Assembly (NCBI GenBank): GCA_963991775.1
Contig: CAXDRM010000001.1
Coordinates: 1 to 57,441, forward strand
Direction of reading: 5' to 3'
From: an uncultured Rickettsiales bacterium
GTDB lineage: Bacteria > Pseudomonadota > Alphaproteobacteria > Rickettsiales > JABIRX01
Length of the DNA: 57,441 nucleotides
Both the position numbers and the translations under genes were made by a program. A model generated the notes under the pieces. It saw only the letters and a program-made list of their open reading frames with translations. It had not been told where the DNA came from and did not search any database. Position 1 is the first letter of the stretch; each line of letters starts with the position of its first letter. Below are positions 1 through 7,985 of the stretch, piece after piece.

Positions 1-404
1 TAATAGTTTTGCAGATATTTTTAGGTACCTATTCTTTAGTACTGCACATAATATCACCATGAATCAATAAGTGGTTTATTTGTGATAGGTTTAGAATTTG
101 AGCATGTCAGAAATTAATGGAGCATGCTTGTATTTTTGATAATAATTATTAGATATTTCTAGAATCTAATAGTTTTGCAGATATTTTTAGGTACCTATTC
201 TTTAGTACTGCACATAATATCACCATGAATCAATAAGTGGTTTATTTGTGATAGGTTTAGAATTTAAGCATGTCAGAAATTAATGGAGCATGCTTGTATT
301 TTTGATGATAATTATTAGATATTCCTAGAATCTAATAGTTTTGTAGATATTTTTAGGTACCTATTCTTTAGTATTGCATCATAATATCGCCATGAATCAA
401 TAAA
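1..404. repeat. Tandem direct repeat with a 166-bp unit: copies at 1-166 and 167-332, plus a partial, more diverged third copy from 333
   Basis: The unit starting taatagttttgcagatatttttaggtacc recurs at 1, 167 and 333. Copies 1 and 2 differ only at 100/266 (g/a), 141/307 (a/g) and 158/324 (t/c). The window starts exactly on a unit boundary, so the array may continue upstream. Confidence 0.95.
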
Positions 405-568
405 TCGTGGATGCAGTACTAGGAGTTATACTTGCGAGCAGCGGAATGTACATAGGTACATGAGCACGCGCAGTAAGTGTAACGACGACGCTCGTTACAT
501 TAATAACATCGATAAGATGTTTTAATGTAATACTGCGCCGCGAGAATTAGATTCATGGTGATATTATG
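380..568. repeat. Palindromic structured element: 19-nt inverted arms around a ~150-nt GC-richer core, abutting the tRNA-Thr 5' end
   Basis: The left arm cataatatcgccatgaatc (380-398) is the reverse complement of gattcatggtgatattatg (550-568) at 18/19 positions. The core holds nested hairpins (atgtac/gtacat, tgtaacga/tcgttaca, aacatc/gatgtt, gcgcagta/tactgcgc). The left arm is also present in every 166-bp tandem unit. Confidence 0.75.
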
Positions 569-642
569 CCGCCATAGCTCAGAGGTAGAGCACTTCATTG
601 GTAATGAAGAGGTCGCAAGTTCAATTCTCGCTGGCGGCACCA
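568..642 (+). tRNA. tRNA-Thr (anticodon GGT), CCA encoded
   Basis: Manual cloverleaf: acceptor GCCGCCA/TGGCGGC, D stem GCTC/GAGC, anticodon stem CTTCA/TGAAG with loop TTGGTAA, T loop TTCAATT. There is one A-C mismatch in the T stem. Length 75 nt. Confidence 0.9.
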
Positions 643-655
643 GCTTTAAAAAATT

Positions 656-1534
656 TTAATTTATCCCCCATCTATCTCCCAAGTAAGTTTCAACTTGAGT
701 AATTTCTGAAGCATTAAGTATGCGTGAATAAACTAGGATTTCTGCTATTGGACCTTGCCAAAAATATGAACCACTATTAAATCTACCTATTTTTACTGTG
801 GCACTACCTGGATCATCAGGATTACCATCTCCAGAACCAACTAAACTATTATTTATATAATAATAATTATTTGGTGAATCACCATTATGATATTCTAACC
901 TATTAATTACTGCTACAGTAGAGGATTGCGTAGAAACACCTGATGACAAACTTCCTGTATGGAAACCTGCATAATATAGATTAGCGTTAGTTGTACCAAT
1001 ATATATAACATTTACACCTGGATCCCATTGTGTAAACATACCTCTAAAATTTGCTGTTCCTGTATTTACCCCAATCGCAAAAACTGTATAATCTTGGGTT
1101 ATTGAAAATTGAAAATTACTATCTAAAAAATCATTACTACCATCAAAATCTACAACGTTTAAACTATTTAATGTTGTACTATTGGTAATTGGTTGATTTG
1201 CTCCAGTTGCTTGTATAGCATGATTACCCCCACCAGATTTATCATTCCACTGACTTACCGCCCCAGCTGAATCGGTAATTGAATCTGCATCACTAGCATC
1301 TAACCAAAAAGCTAAACCGTTAGTTACTGGCAAAGCACCCTCTTCTATTTCTTCCTCGGCAATTTCTGGCTCACCAACTACCGCTTCCCAATCATTATCT
1401 GCCTGATTAAGAGCTACTAAATTTGAAGATTGACCGATCAGCTTTTTACCTGCTGAAAATACCACCACTATTAAAGATACTGCTATAATTACTACAGCTA
1501 GTTCTATTAGGCTAAAAGCTTTATTATGACTCAT
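656..1534 (-). CDS. Prepilin-type N-terminal leader (pseudopilin-like) fused to a LamG/concanavalin-A-like lectin domain
   Basis: The N-terminus MSHNKAFSLIELAVVIIAVSLIVV matches the class III signal/methylation motif (x-F-[ST]-L-[IL]-E plus a hydrophobic helix). The C-terminal IAEILVYSRILNASEITQVETYL is the typical LamG_3 ending. It is a paralog of 31465..32418 (shared LVALNQADN[DN]WE). Confidence 0.6.
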   Translation of the reverse strand: MSHNKAFSLIELAVVIIAVSLIVVVFSAGKKLIGQSSNLVALNQADNDWEAVVGEPEIAEEEIEEGALPVTNGLAFWLDASDADSITDSAGAVSQWNDKSGGGNHAIQATGANQPITNSTTLNSLNVVDFDGSNDFLDSNFQFSITQDYTVFAIGVNTGTANFRGMFTQWDPGVNVIYIGTTNANLYYAGFHTGSLSSGVSTQSSTVAVINRLEYHNGDSPNNYYYINNSLVGSGDGNPDDPGSATVKIGRFNSGSYFWQGPIAEILVYSRILNASEITQVETYLGDRWGIN

Positions 1535-1641
1535 AAATTATCTTACTGGTATTTAGCATAAAAGCTTAGAAGAAATTTTCTGCTTTGCAATGGTTTTTTA
1601 ATATGCTTAACTAGCTAAAAATTAGTAAAAAATCTAATATA

Positions 1642-2208
1642 ATGCGCCTGCTAATTATCACCCTGCTCTACATATGCTGCCTTACTAAGCAAGCTCAAGC
1701 TAAAGATTATGAAATTGCTGAAGAGGTTTACCTTTCAGAAAAATTTTTTCATCCTGGCCTTGGTAATATCAGATTGAGTGCCGCTAAAACCAAATATCCT
1801 AATCACAATACTGAATATATCGCATTTTTCTTAATGGAGTTTGACGATATTATCAAAGCTTTACCACAAATTTGGTGGTCAGCAGAAAATTTTGTCAAAA
1901 TTACTAATTTTAAACTAATTGATTTAAATAAAGATCAGCAACATGATCTAGTCATTTCCGCAGCTTTTCGTACAGGCAGAAATCTTGATGAGTTTCAAGA
2001 CCAAATAGTAATATATTATGGTAATGGCACCCAATTTATTAGGAATTTCAAAATCGAACAAAAATTCTTAATTAATATGGCTAAAATTATGAATCATGTA
2101 AGCCCACCATATAAGCCAGGAGAGAAATTAGCTTACACTCCTGTTAGAATGGATTATATCTTACTAGCCCATAAGCACGCTCTGCGCGAATTAAATAAAG
2201 ATAAATGA
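1642..2208 (+). CDS. Hypothetical exported protein
   Basis: The ORF has an N-terminal signal peptide (MRLLIITLLYICCLTKQAQA). I recognise no family motif. Confidence 0.5.
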   Translation: MRLLIITLLYICCLTKQAQAKDYEIAEEVYLSEKFFHPGLGNIRLSAAKTKYPNHNTEYIAFFLMEFDDIIKALPQIWWSAENFVKITNFKLIDLNKDQQHDLVISAAFRTGRNLDEFQDQIVIYYGNGTQFIRNFKIEQKFLINMAKIMNHVSPPYKPGEKLAYTPVRMDYILLAHKHALRELNKDK

Positions 2209-2209
2209 T

Positions 2210-2737
2210 TTAGAAAACTATTAGGCAAAGACCCATAATGTACAAGAATAATGCTAAAATTTCGAATTTAGCATTTTGCATATTTAACCTTGTAATTTGC
2301 TCGGTTAGCTCAGTAACCTGGAAATAAGTATCATCAATCTCTTCAGCGATTTCACGTTTTTTTTGATCACGTAATTCAATTAGATTTTCTGTAGTGATTT
2401 TTTCTTCTGCGCTAAAAGTTAAGATTGGCTCCAAGTAATTTTTAATTTGCTCTTGCGAGTTTTTAGATTTGGTACGGCGCCTATTAAGCTTAGCAATAGC
2501 CGCACGATCTTTATCATGTTCCAATATTAATAAAGCTGTATTGACCCTCTGTTCAAGCTTTTTGCTATTTTGCCATTTGCTCTCAATTAGGCGATTTAGA
2601 TTATCTTTATTATGTTCTAACTCACGCACAATTATGCTATTTTGCTCTACTACAAAATAAGAAATTAAAGGCGAGATTATAGTCGCCAACATACCTAAAA
2701 TTAGAAGCTTGGTACGAAATTGTTTTTTTAACGCCAT
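2210..2737 (-). CDS. Hypothetical membrane protein with N- and C-terminal TM helices flanking a coiled-coil region
   Basis: Hydrophobic segments LLILGMLATIISPLISYFVV and FEILALFLYIMGLCLIVF flank a charged, heptad-like middle. No family recognised. Confidence 0.5.
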   Translation of the reverse strand: MALKKQFRTKLLILGMLATIISPLISYFVVEQNSIIVRELEHNKDNLNRLIESKWQNSKKLEQRVNTALLILEHDKDRAAIAKLNRRRTKSKNSQEQIKNYLEPILTFSAEEKITTENLIELRDQKKREIAEEIDDTYFQVTELTEQITRLNMQNAKFEILALFLYIMGLCLIVF

Positions 2738-2852
2738 AACATTAATTCAAAATTATACATGGCTCACGCATAGCTGAGCAGATTGATATTTTTTTCTTGG
2801 AAAAAGATAGTGCTTCAGTTAGTCTTTGCAAGGAAAATTTTAAAGCTAATTT

Positions 2853-3245
2853 ATGTATTGGACAAGCTGTTATAGTAGTATTCTTGGGATACTATATTTA
2901 TTACTCTCTTTTAAAGTTATAAAAATCAGAAGAAGCAAGCAAGTTTCTCTTGGCAGCGGTAGCGACGAGCAACTAAAACAGGCAATTAGAGCACATGGTA
3001 ATTTTATCGAATATGTACCTTTTGCTCTTATTTTATTATTTTTAAGTGAGTTTAATGGTGCACCTGAATTTATCATTCATTTTGCAGGATTAGCCTTGCT
3101 TTTAGGTAGAATCATCCATGCACTCAGCTTCAATTTTTACCCCCCTAAAGGAAAATTACGTGTTTTAGGTATGGTGCTAACCTTTTCTAGTATCTTTTTT
3201 GGCGTAATAGCTAATATCACTATTTTATCATTAGGTTATTTATAA
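2853..3245 (+). CDS. MAPEG-family membrane protein (YecN-like)
   Basis: 130 aa with four hydrophobic segments. RAHGNFIEYVPFALILL and GRIIHA resemble the MAPEG signature. Confidence 0.6.
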   Translation: MYWTSCYSSILGILYLLLSFKVIKIRRSKQVSLGSGSDEQLKQAIRAHGNFIEYVPFALILLFLSEFNGAPEFIIHFAGLALLLGRIIHALSFNFYPPKGKLRVLGMVLTFSSIFFGVIANITILSLGYL

Positions 3246-3258
3246 TTTCGAGGTTCAT

Positions 3259-4269
3259 ATGAAAAAAATCCTGCAACTAACTGCAATTTTATTAATTGTG
3301 GCTCAGCAAGCTCAGGCCAGAAGTTACTCTAAAGGAGCAGGTTCTTCGACAGTTTACCCTTTCATTACAGCCGCAGCAGAAAGCTTTGCTCGAGTTAGTG
3401 ATTATAGTGCCCCAATTATTGAAGCAACTGGCACTGGCGGTGGTTTTAAATTATTTTGTAGCGGAATTGGCGCAAAATACACTGATTTTTCCAATGCTTC
3501 ACGCCAAATCAAAGCTAGTGAAATAGAATTATGTAAAAAAGCCGGTATCACCAATATTATCGAAGTGCAAATTGGCTTTGATGGTATCGTTCTTGCCGAT
3601 AAATTAATTAATTCCGAAATTAAACTTAGTCTAAATGACATATTTTTAGCTTTAGCCAGAGACATTCCCCAAAATGGTCAATTAGTTACAAATAACTATA
3701 AATATTGGAGTGACATTAGAAGCGACCTACCTAAAAGAGAAATCATTATTTATGGACCACCACCAACTTCAGGTACTAGAGATGCTTTTGTTGAATTAGT
3801 AATGCAAAAAACTTGCGAAAATTTTTCTGAATATAAAACGGCATATCCTGATAAAAAAACTCGCAAAAAATATTGTTCTTTATTTAGAGAGGATGGTGTT
3901 TTCATCGAAGCAGGTGAAAATGACAATATCATCGTCAATAAGTTAGTATTGAATGATGCCGCTCTCGGTATTTTTGGCTACAGCTTTTTAGAACAAAACT
4001 CTGATAAGGTGAAAGGCTTATCAATTAATAATGTTTATCCAAGCTTTGATAATATTGCAGCACAAAGCTATCCGGTAGCAAGATCATTATTTATATATGT
4101 TAAGCAAGCTCATCTTAAGCTGATCCCTAGCTTAAAACCATTCATCACCGAATTAATCAGCGAAGATTCTTTAGGTGAAGATGGTTATCTAACCTTTAAA
4201 GGCTTAATCCCTTTACGTGAAGAGCAAAGAACAGCTATGCAGCAGCAAGTTAGTGCTCAGCTTAACTAA
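3259..4269 (+). CDS. pstS: PstS-family periplasmic phosphate-binding protein
   Basis: Signal peptide followed by GAGSSTVYPF...ATGTGGGFKLFC, which is typical of the PBP_like_2/PstS fold. A phosphate-porin-like gene follows directly. Confidence 0.75.
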   Translation: MKKILQLTAILLIVAQQAQARSYSKGAGSSTVYPFITAAAESFARVSDYSAPIIEATGTGGGFKLFCSGIGAKYTDFSNASRQIKASEIELCKKAGITNIIEVQIGFDGIVLADKLINSEIKLSLNDIFLALARDIPQNGQLVTNNYKYWSDIRSDLPKREIIIYGPPPTSGTRDAFVELVMQKTCENFSEYKTAYPDKKTRKKYCSLFREDGVFIEAGENDNIIVNKLVLNDAALGIFGYSFLEQNSDKVKGLSINNVYPSFDNIAAQSYPVARSLFIYVKQAHLKLIPSLKPFITELISEDSLGEDGYLTFKGLIPLREEQRTAMQQQVSAQLN

Positions 4270-4295
4270 ATAACCCACAAAACCACAATCAAACC

Positions 4296-5537
4296 ATGAA
4301 ATCAGTTAAAAATCTTACCTTAATTTTTGCTTTATTATGTAGCAATGCCAGCTTTGCTGAAAATATTTCAGATGCTGAATTTGACGCGCTGCGCAAACGC
4401 ACCCAAAAATTAGAACAAGAACTCAACCAACTTAAAAAGCAAATTGCCAGTGGCAAACATAGACAAGCTAAAAAAAAGCAACATAAATATGATGATTTAC
4501 CTAAAATATCTGCCTATTTCGCTTTTGATAAAACCTTCTATTCTAATGACTCTGGTAATCGACCACATAATTCGGAATTACGTTTTGGACGTATCACTTT
4601 AAAGCATACTATAAAACATGAGCATATGCCTGATTTAAAAGTAAAGGTGGGTGCTGATTTTGCAAGAGGAGATGCTACAATCTATGATGCTTTTATTACT
4701 TTGCCAGTAAATGCTAGCAATCAAATCTCTTTAGGTCATATGCGTGAACCTTTTTCTTTAAATCTACTTTCTTCTCGCGTAAATGATCTCTTTGTAGATC
4801 GCCCAGCTGCAGTTAAAATGTCACCAGCGCGTAATATTGGTATTAGATATGATCATATTAAAAAAAATTACTATGCTAGCATAGGTGCTTTTGGTGATGG
4901 TGTTGATGATCAACAAGATGCTGACGAAACCTTCTCTTACGGAGCTCGCTTTGTTTTTAACCCAGACTTATTTGATAAGATCAAAACTCACCTTGGCTAT
5001 GCTTACCGCTCATCAAATCCCACTGGCGATAGTGTTTCTTACGTAGCTAGTGAGGCCGATATTGCAGCCGGCGAAAATGATCTAGAAACTGGCAATATCA
5101 ATGATGTAAATACTATCAGACAAGATGGTATAGAATTAGCCTTTGTTAATCCTCGCTTCTCTATGAGCTCAGAATATTTTATCACAGAATTAAGCAGAGA
5201 TAATGCTAGCAAAATCGAATTATATGGTACTTATGTGCAATTTCGCGTTGGTCTCAATAAAAAACTTTTAAATTATAATCAGCAAAAACGTACCATCGAT
5301 CTAGCTAAAGATAGCTATAATGTTTTTGAATTAGGCTATCGCTATTCTTATGTTGATTTTAATCATGGTGATTTACGTTCTGGAAATTATGAAAGCCATT
5401 CTTTTGGTTTAAATTATATATATAGCCATAATCTACGCTTCCTATCTAGCTACATTAACATTGAAACCGATGAAAACTCGGTTTATGGTAAAAACTCTCC
5501 TGAAATAGTGGCTTTCCGTGCACAATTTTTATTTTAA
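4296..5537 (+). CDS. Phosphate-selective porin O/P family outer-membrane protein
   Basis: Signal peptide, a coiled-coil N-terminal segment, GHMREPFSLNLLSSRVNDLFVDRP resembling the OprO/OprP core motif, and a C-terminal aromatic residue (…AQFLF). Confidence 0.65.
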   Translation: MKSVKNLTLIFALLCSNASFAENISDAEFDALRKRTQKLEQELNQLKKQIASGKHRQAKKKQHKYDDLPKISAYFAFDKTFYSNDSGNRPHNSELRFGRITLKHTIKHEHMPDLKVKVGADFARGDATIYDAFITLPVNASNQISLGHMREPFSLNLLSSRVNDLFVDRPAAVKMSPARNIGIRYDHIKKNYYASIGAFGDGVDDQQDADETFSYGARFVFNPDLFDKIKTHLGYAYRSSNPTGDSVSYVASEADIAAGENDLETGNINDVNTIRQDGIELAFVNPRFSMSSEYFITELSRDNASKIELYGTYVQFRVGLNKKLLNYNQQKRTIDLAKDSYNVFELGYRYSYVDFNHGDLRSGNYESHSFGLNYIYSHNLRFLSSYINIETDENSVYGKNSPEIVAFRAQFLF

Positions 5538-5545
5538 GAGCATTT

Positions 5546-6451
5546 ATGGAAATATACTTACCTATTGCCGATATACCACTTAATGTATTTTTCTTGCTCT
5601 TTGCAGGCTTCTTTGCTGGTATACTTTCAGGTCTTTTTGGTATTGGTGGCGGCTTTATTATGACACCAATGCTAATCTTTATGGGTGTTAGCCCTGCTAT
5701 AGCCGTAGCCTCTTCAGCTAATCAGATTGTTGCCTCTTCTTATTCTGGCTTTGCAGCTCATGCAAGACGTAATAATGTAGATTTTAAAATGGGCAATGTC
5801 TTAATGCTGGGCGGCTTTATTGGCTCTACCCTCGGCGTATGGATTTTTAGTACCTTGCAAAATTTTGGGCAGCTTGATTTAGTAATTTCTTTATCTTACA
5901 TCATTATTTTAGGCACAATTGGTACTTCAATGGCTTATGAAAGCTTTCGTGCGATTTTTAAAATTAAAAGCAAAGTAAAAAAGATTTCTAAAAAAGACCA
6001 ATTTTTTAAGAAGCTACCTTTTAAAGTAAAATTTCCTAAATCAGAATTAGAAGTAAGTATTTTAGTACCAATTTTAGTCAGTATTGGAGCAGGCATATTA
6101 GTATCAATTATGGGTATTGGCGGAGGATTTTTAATGATCCCTGCTATGATTTATATTTTAGGCATGCCCACTGCAGTAGTAGTAGGAACCTCACTTTACC
6201 AAGTTATTTTTGTCACAAGCAATGTAACTTTTTTACATGCTTATACTACACAATCAGTTGATATTGTCTTAGCGGGTATTTTACTAGCCAGCTCGGTAAT
6301 AGGTGCGCAATTTGGGACAAAATATGGTACTTTAGTTCCTGCAGAAAAATTACGTGCTGTGCTAGCTTTAATGGTCCTTGCAATGGTTATTAAATTAATT
6401 TTGGGCTTTGTGATTGCTCCTGATAATCCTTTTCAGGTAATTGCCCAATGA
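5546..6451 (+). CDS. TauE/SafE (DUF81) family anion-exporter membrane protein
   Basis: Polytopic protein with duplicated halves. Each half carries a GIGGGF[IL]M[TI]P motif. Confidence 0.8.
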   Translation: MEIYLPIADIPLNVFFLLFAGFFAGILSGLFGIGGGFIMTPMLIFMGVSPAIAVASSANQIVASSYSGFAAHARRNNVDFKMGNVLMLGGFIGSTLGVWIFSTLQNFGQLDLVISLSYIIILGTIGTSMAYESFRAIFKIKSKVKKISKKDQFFKKLPFKVKFPKSELEVSILVPILVSIGAGILVSIMGIGGGFLMIPAMIYILGMPTAVVVGTSLYQVIFVTSNVTFLHAYTTQSVDIVLAGILLASSVIGAQFGTKYGTLVPAEKLRAVLALMVLAMVIKLILGFVIAPDNPFQVIAQ

Positions 6452-7185
6452 TAAAAAAACTACTCTTACTAATAATTTGTTTAAATTTATTTACTAATCA
6501 GCTGCAAGCTAAACCTATTATTGCAGATGTAAGTAGCAATGAAATTTTGATTGATACTAGCTTTACTGGACAAAAATTATTTTTGTTTGGAGCGCGTAAT
6601 GTTGCGGGTGATATTGTTATTGTAGTAAGAGGACCTAAAAATAATTATATTGTGCGTAAAAAAGAAGAATTCTTTGGCGTTTGGCTTAATCGCAAACAAA
6701 TGAAATTCTCAGATATTTATGGCTTCTATGCAATTTATAGCTCTGCAGATCCTGATAAACTTAGTAATCCTGAATTACTGAGAAATTTAAATTTAGGCTT
6801 TAATAATCTACCGCTTAGCTATAAAGGCGAAGCTCACTTAGAAGATATAGAACTTTTTAAAGGCGCTATATTAGAGAAACATCTTTCTGATGCGCTTTAT
6901 CTAGAAAATTATCAAGAAATAGAATTAATGGGTGATACTTTATTTAAAACCCATCTTAACTTTACTAAAAAAATTCCGCATGGTTCATATAATATCGAGC
7001 TTTATTTAATCAGAGATAATAATTTAATCGCTACTGAAACCATACCTATTCAAGTAAGAACTACTGGCTTTGAATCTTTTGTGCATCATGCTGCACATCA
7101 GCATAAAATACTTTATGGTATTTTTTGTGTTTTAGCAGCGTTGATGGCTGGTTGGGTTGCTAGTCGTATTTTCTGGAAAGTCTAA
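6448..7185 (+). CDS. TIGR02186 / 'Alph_Pro_TM'-like membrane protein
   Basis: About 245 aa with a signal peptide plus a single C-terminal TM helix. It overlaps the TauE gene by 4 nt, which is the pairing I recall for this alphaproteobacterial family. Confidence 0.5.
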   Translation: MIKKLLLLIICLNLFTNQLQAKPIIADVSSNEILIDTSFTGQKLFLFGARNVAGDIVIVVRGPKNNYIVRKKEEFFGVWLNRKQMKFSDIYGFYAIYSSADPDKLSNPELLRNLNLGFNNLPLSYKGEAHLEDIELFKGAILEKHLSDALYLENYQEIELMGDTLFKTHLNFTKKIPHGSYNIELYLIRDNNLIATETIPIQVRTTGFESFVHHAAHQHKILYGIFCVLAALMAGWVASRIFWKV

Positions 7186-7430
7186 TCAAAAGCTCTATTT
7201 TGGGCTCTTTCTAAAACAATTTAGCTGCACTAAATATGTTTTAGCAGAGTAGCTTCGTATATATTTTTATCTTTCAGTTACGTAATTACACATACGCGCC
7301 TTCAGCTAAAAATATACACTCAACTAAAATATCGCCAAACTAGAGCTTTTGATTACATAACTACAAGTATTACATTGCTAAATTTAATTAACTAAAATAG
7401 CTCCAAACTAGAGCTTTTAATTACATTACT
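7184..7430. repeat. Composite inverted plus direct repeat downstream of the TIGR02186-like gene
   Basis: aatcaaaagctctattttgg (7184-7203) is the reverse complement, with one mismatch, of ccaaactagagcttttgatt (7335-7354). A ~41-nt direct repeat aactaaaata..ccaaactagagctttt.attacat.act occurs at 7322-7362 and 7390-7430. Confidence 0.8.
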
Positions 7431-7481
7431 ATACAAACAGCCAAGAGCAAGTCACATCTTTATTTGTAGTCAAAGAGACTG

Positions 7482-7574
7482 TTTGAGTTTGGCTATGCAT
7501 TTGCGTATCAGGAGCATTTATGAAAAATCTTTTTGTTTTTCATAAAGCGCAAGCAAATCAGAGCTAAACTCCAA
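7482..7574. repeat. Imperfect palindromic intergenic element, family A, copy 1
   Basis: tttgagtttggctatgcatttgcgtatcaggagcatttatgaaaaa resembles 17338-17383. The central hairpin tttatgaaaaa/tttttcataaa is perfect. The outer arms gagtttggct / agagctaaactc are near-complementary. Confidence 0.7.
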
Positions 7575-7611
7575 TAGTCAATAAAATCAGAATTTTATTG
7601 GTAAAAACCTT

Positions 7612-7639
7612 TTGACATCTAACCTGTCATCTATATTAT
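7612..7639 (+). promoter_or_regulatory. Candidate sigma70-type promoter for rplU-rpmA
   Basis: TTGACA (7612-7617), a 16-nt spacer, then TATTAT (7634-7639), about 25 nt upstream of the rplU ATG. This is a pattern match in AT-rich DNA only. Confidence 0.4.
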
Positions 7640-7663
7640 ATTGCTTCTTTTTAGATTAGAAAA

Positions 7664-7978
7664 ATGTTTGCAATCATCGAAAATAACGGAAAACAATTTA
7701 AAGTTACTAAAGATTCTCAAATCAGAATCGACCTAACTGAAGATAAAAAAGGCGCTAAAATCTCTTTTGACAAAGTGCTACTTACTTCAGATGGTAAAAA
7801 AGTAAATGTTGGTACTCCAGAAGTTAAAGGCGCATCAGTAAGCGCTGAAGTTATTGAACATATTAAAGATAAAAAAGTTATCGTGTTCAAAAAGAAAAGA
7901 AGACATAATTACCGTAGAAAACACGGTCACAGACAAGATTACACTGTAGTTAAGATTAAAGAAATTAAAATTGCATAG
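7664..7978 (+). CDS. rplU: 50S ribosomal protein L21
   Basis: MFAIIENNGKQFKV... has a canonical L21 N-terminus and is followed by rpmA. Confidence 0.95.
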   Translation: MFAIIENNGKQFKVTKDSQIRIDLTEDKKGAKISFDKVLLTSDGKKVNVGTPEVKGASVSAEVIEHIKDKKVIVFKKKRRHNYRRKHGHRQDYTVVKIKEIKIA

Positions 7979-7985
7979 GTAGAAA

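Noticed and set aside
1-404. The tandem repeats at the window start could be a CRISPR array.
   Set aside because: The unit is 166 bp and the copies are contiguous and near-identical along their whole length. There is no alternation of short repeats with unique spacers, and no cas genes are present.
380-568. The structured element flanked by inverted repeats might be a retron msr/msd, or a known ncRNA such as tmRNA, SRP RNA or RNase P RNA.
   Set aside because: There is no reverse transcriptase gene nearby, and I found none of the conserved motifs of tmRNA, 4.5S or RNase P RNA. A related core occurs at 35429-35499, which fits a dispersed repeat better. It is kept as a finding, not as an RNA gene call.
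1-642. The tRNA-adjacent repeats could be att sites of an integrated genomic island or prophage.
   Set aside because: The repeats lie on the 5' side of the tRNA rather than duplicating its 3' end. No integrase, transposase or phage genes are in the window. The flanking genes share the same composition.
7520-7567. A mini-ORF, MKNLFVFHKAQANQS, with an AGGAG SD lies upstream of rplU.
   Set aside because: It sits inside the family A palindromic repeat. The homologous copy at 17338-17431 lacks the ATG (catttataaatga). The ORF is most likely a by-product of the repeat sequence.
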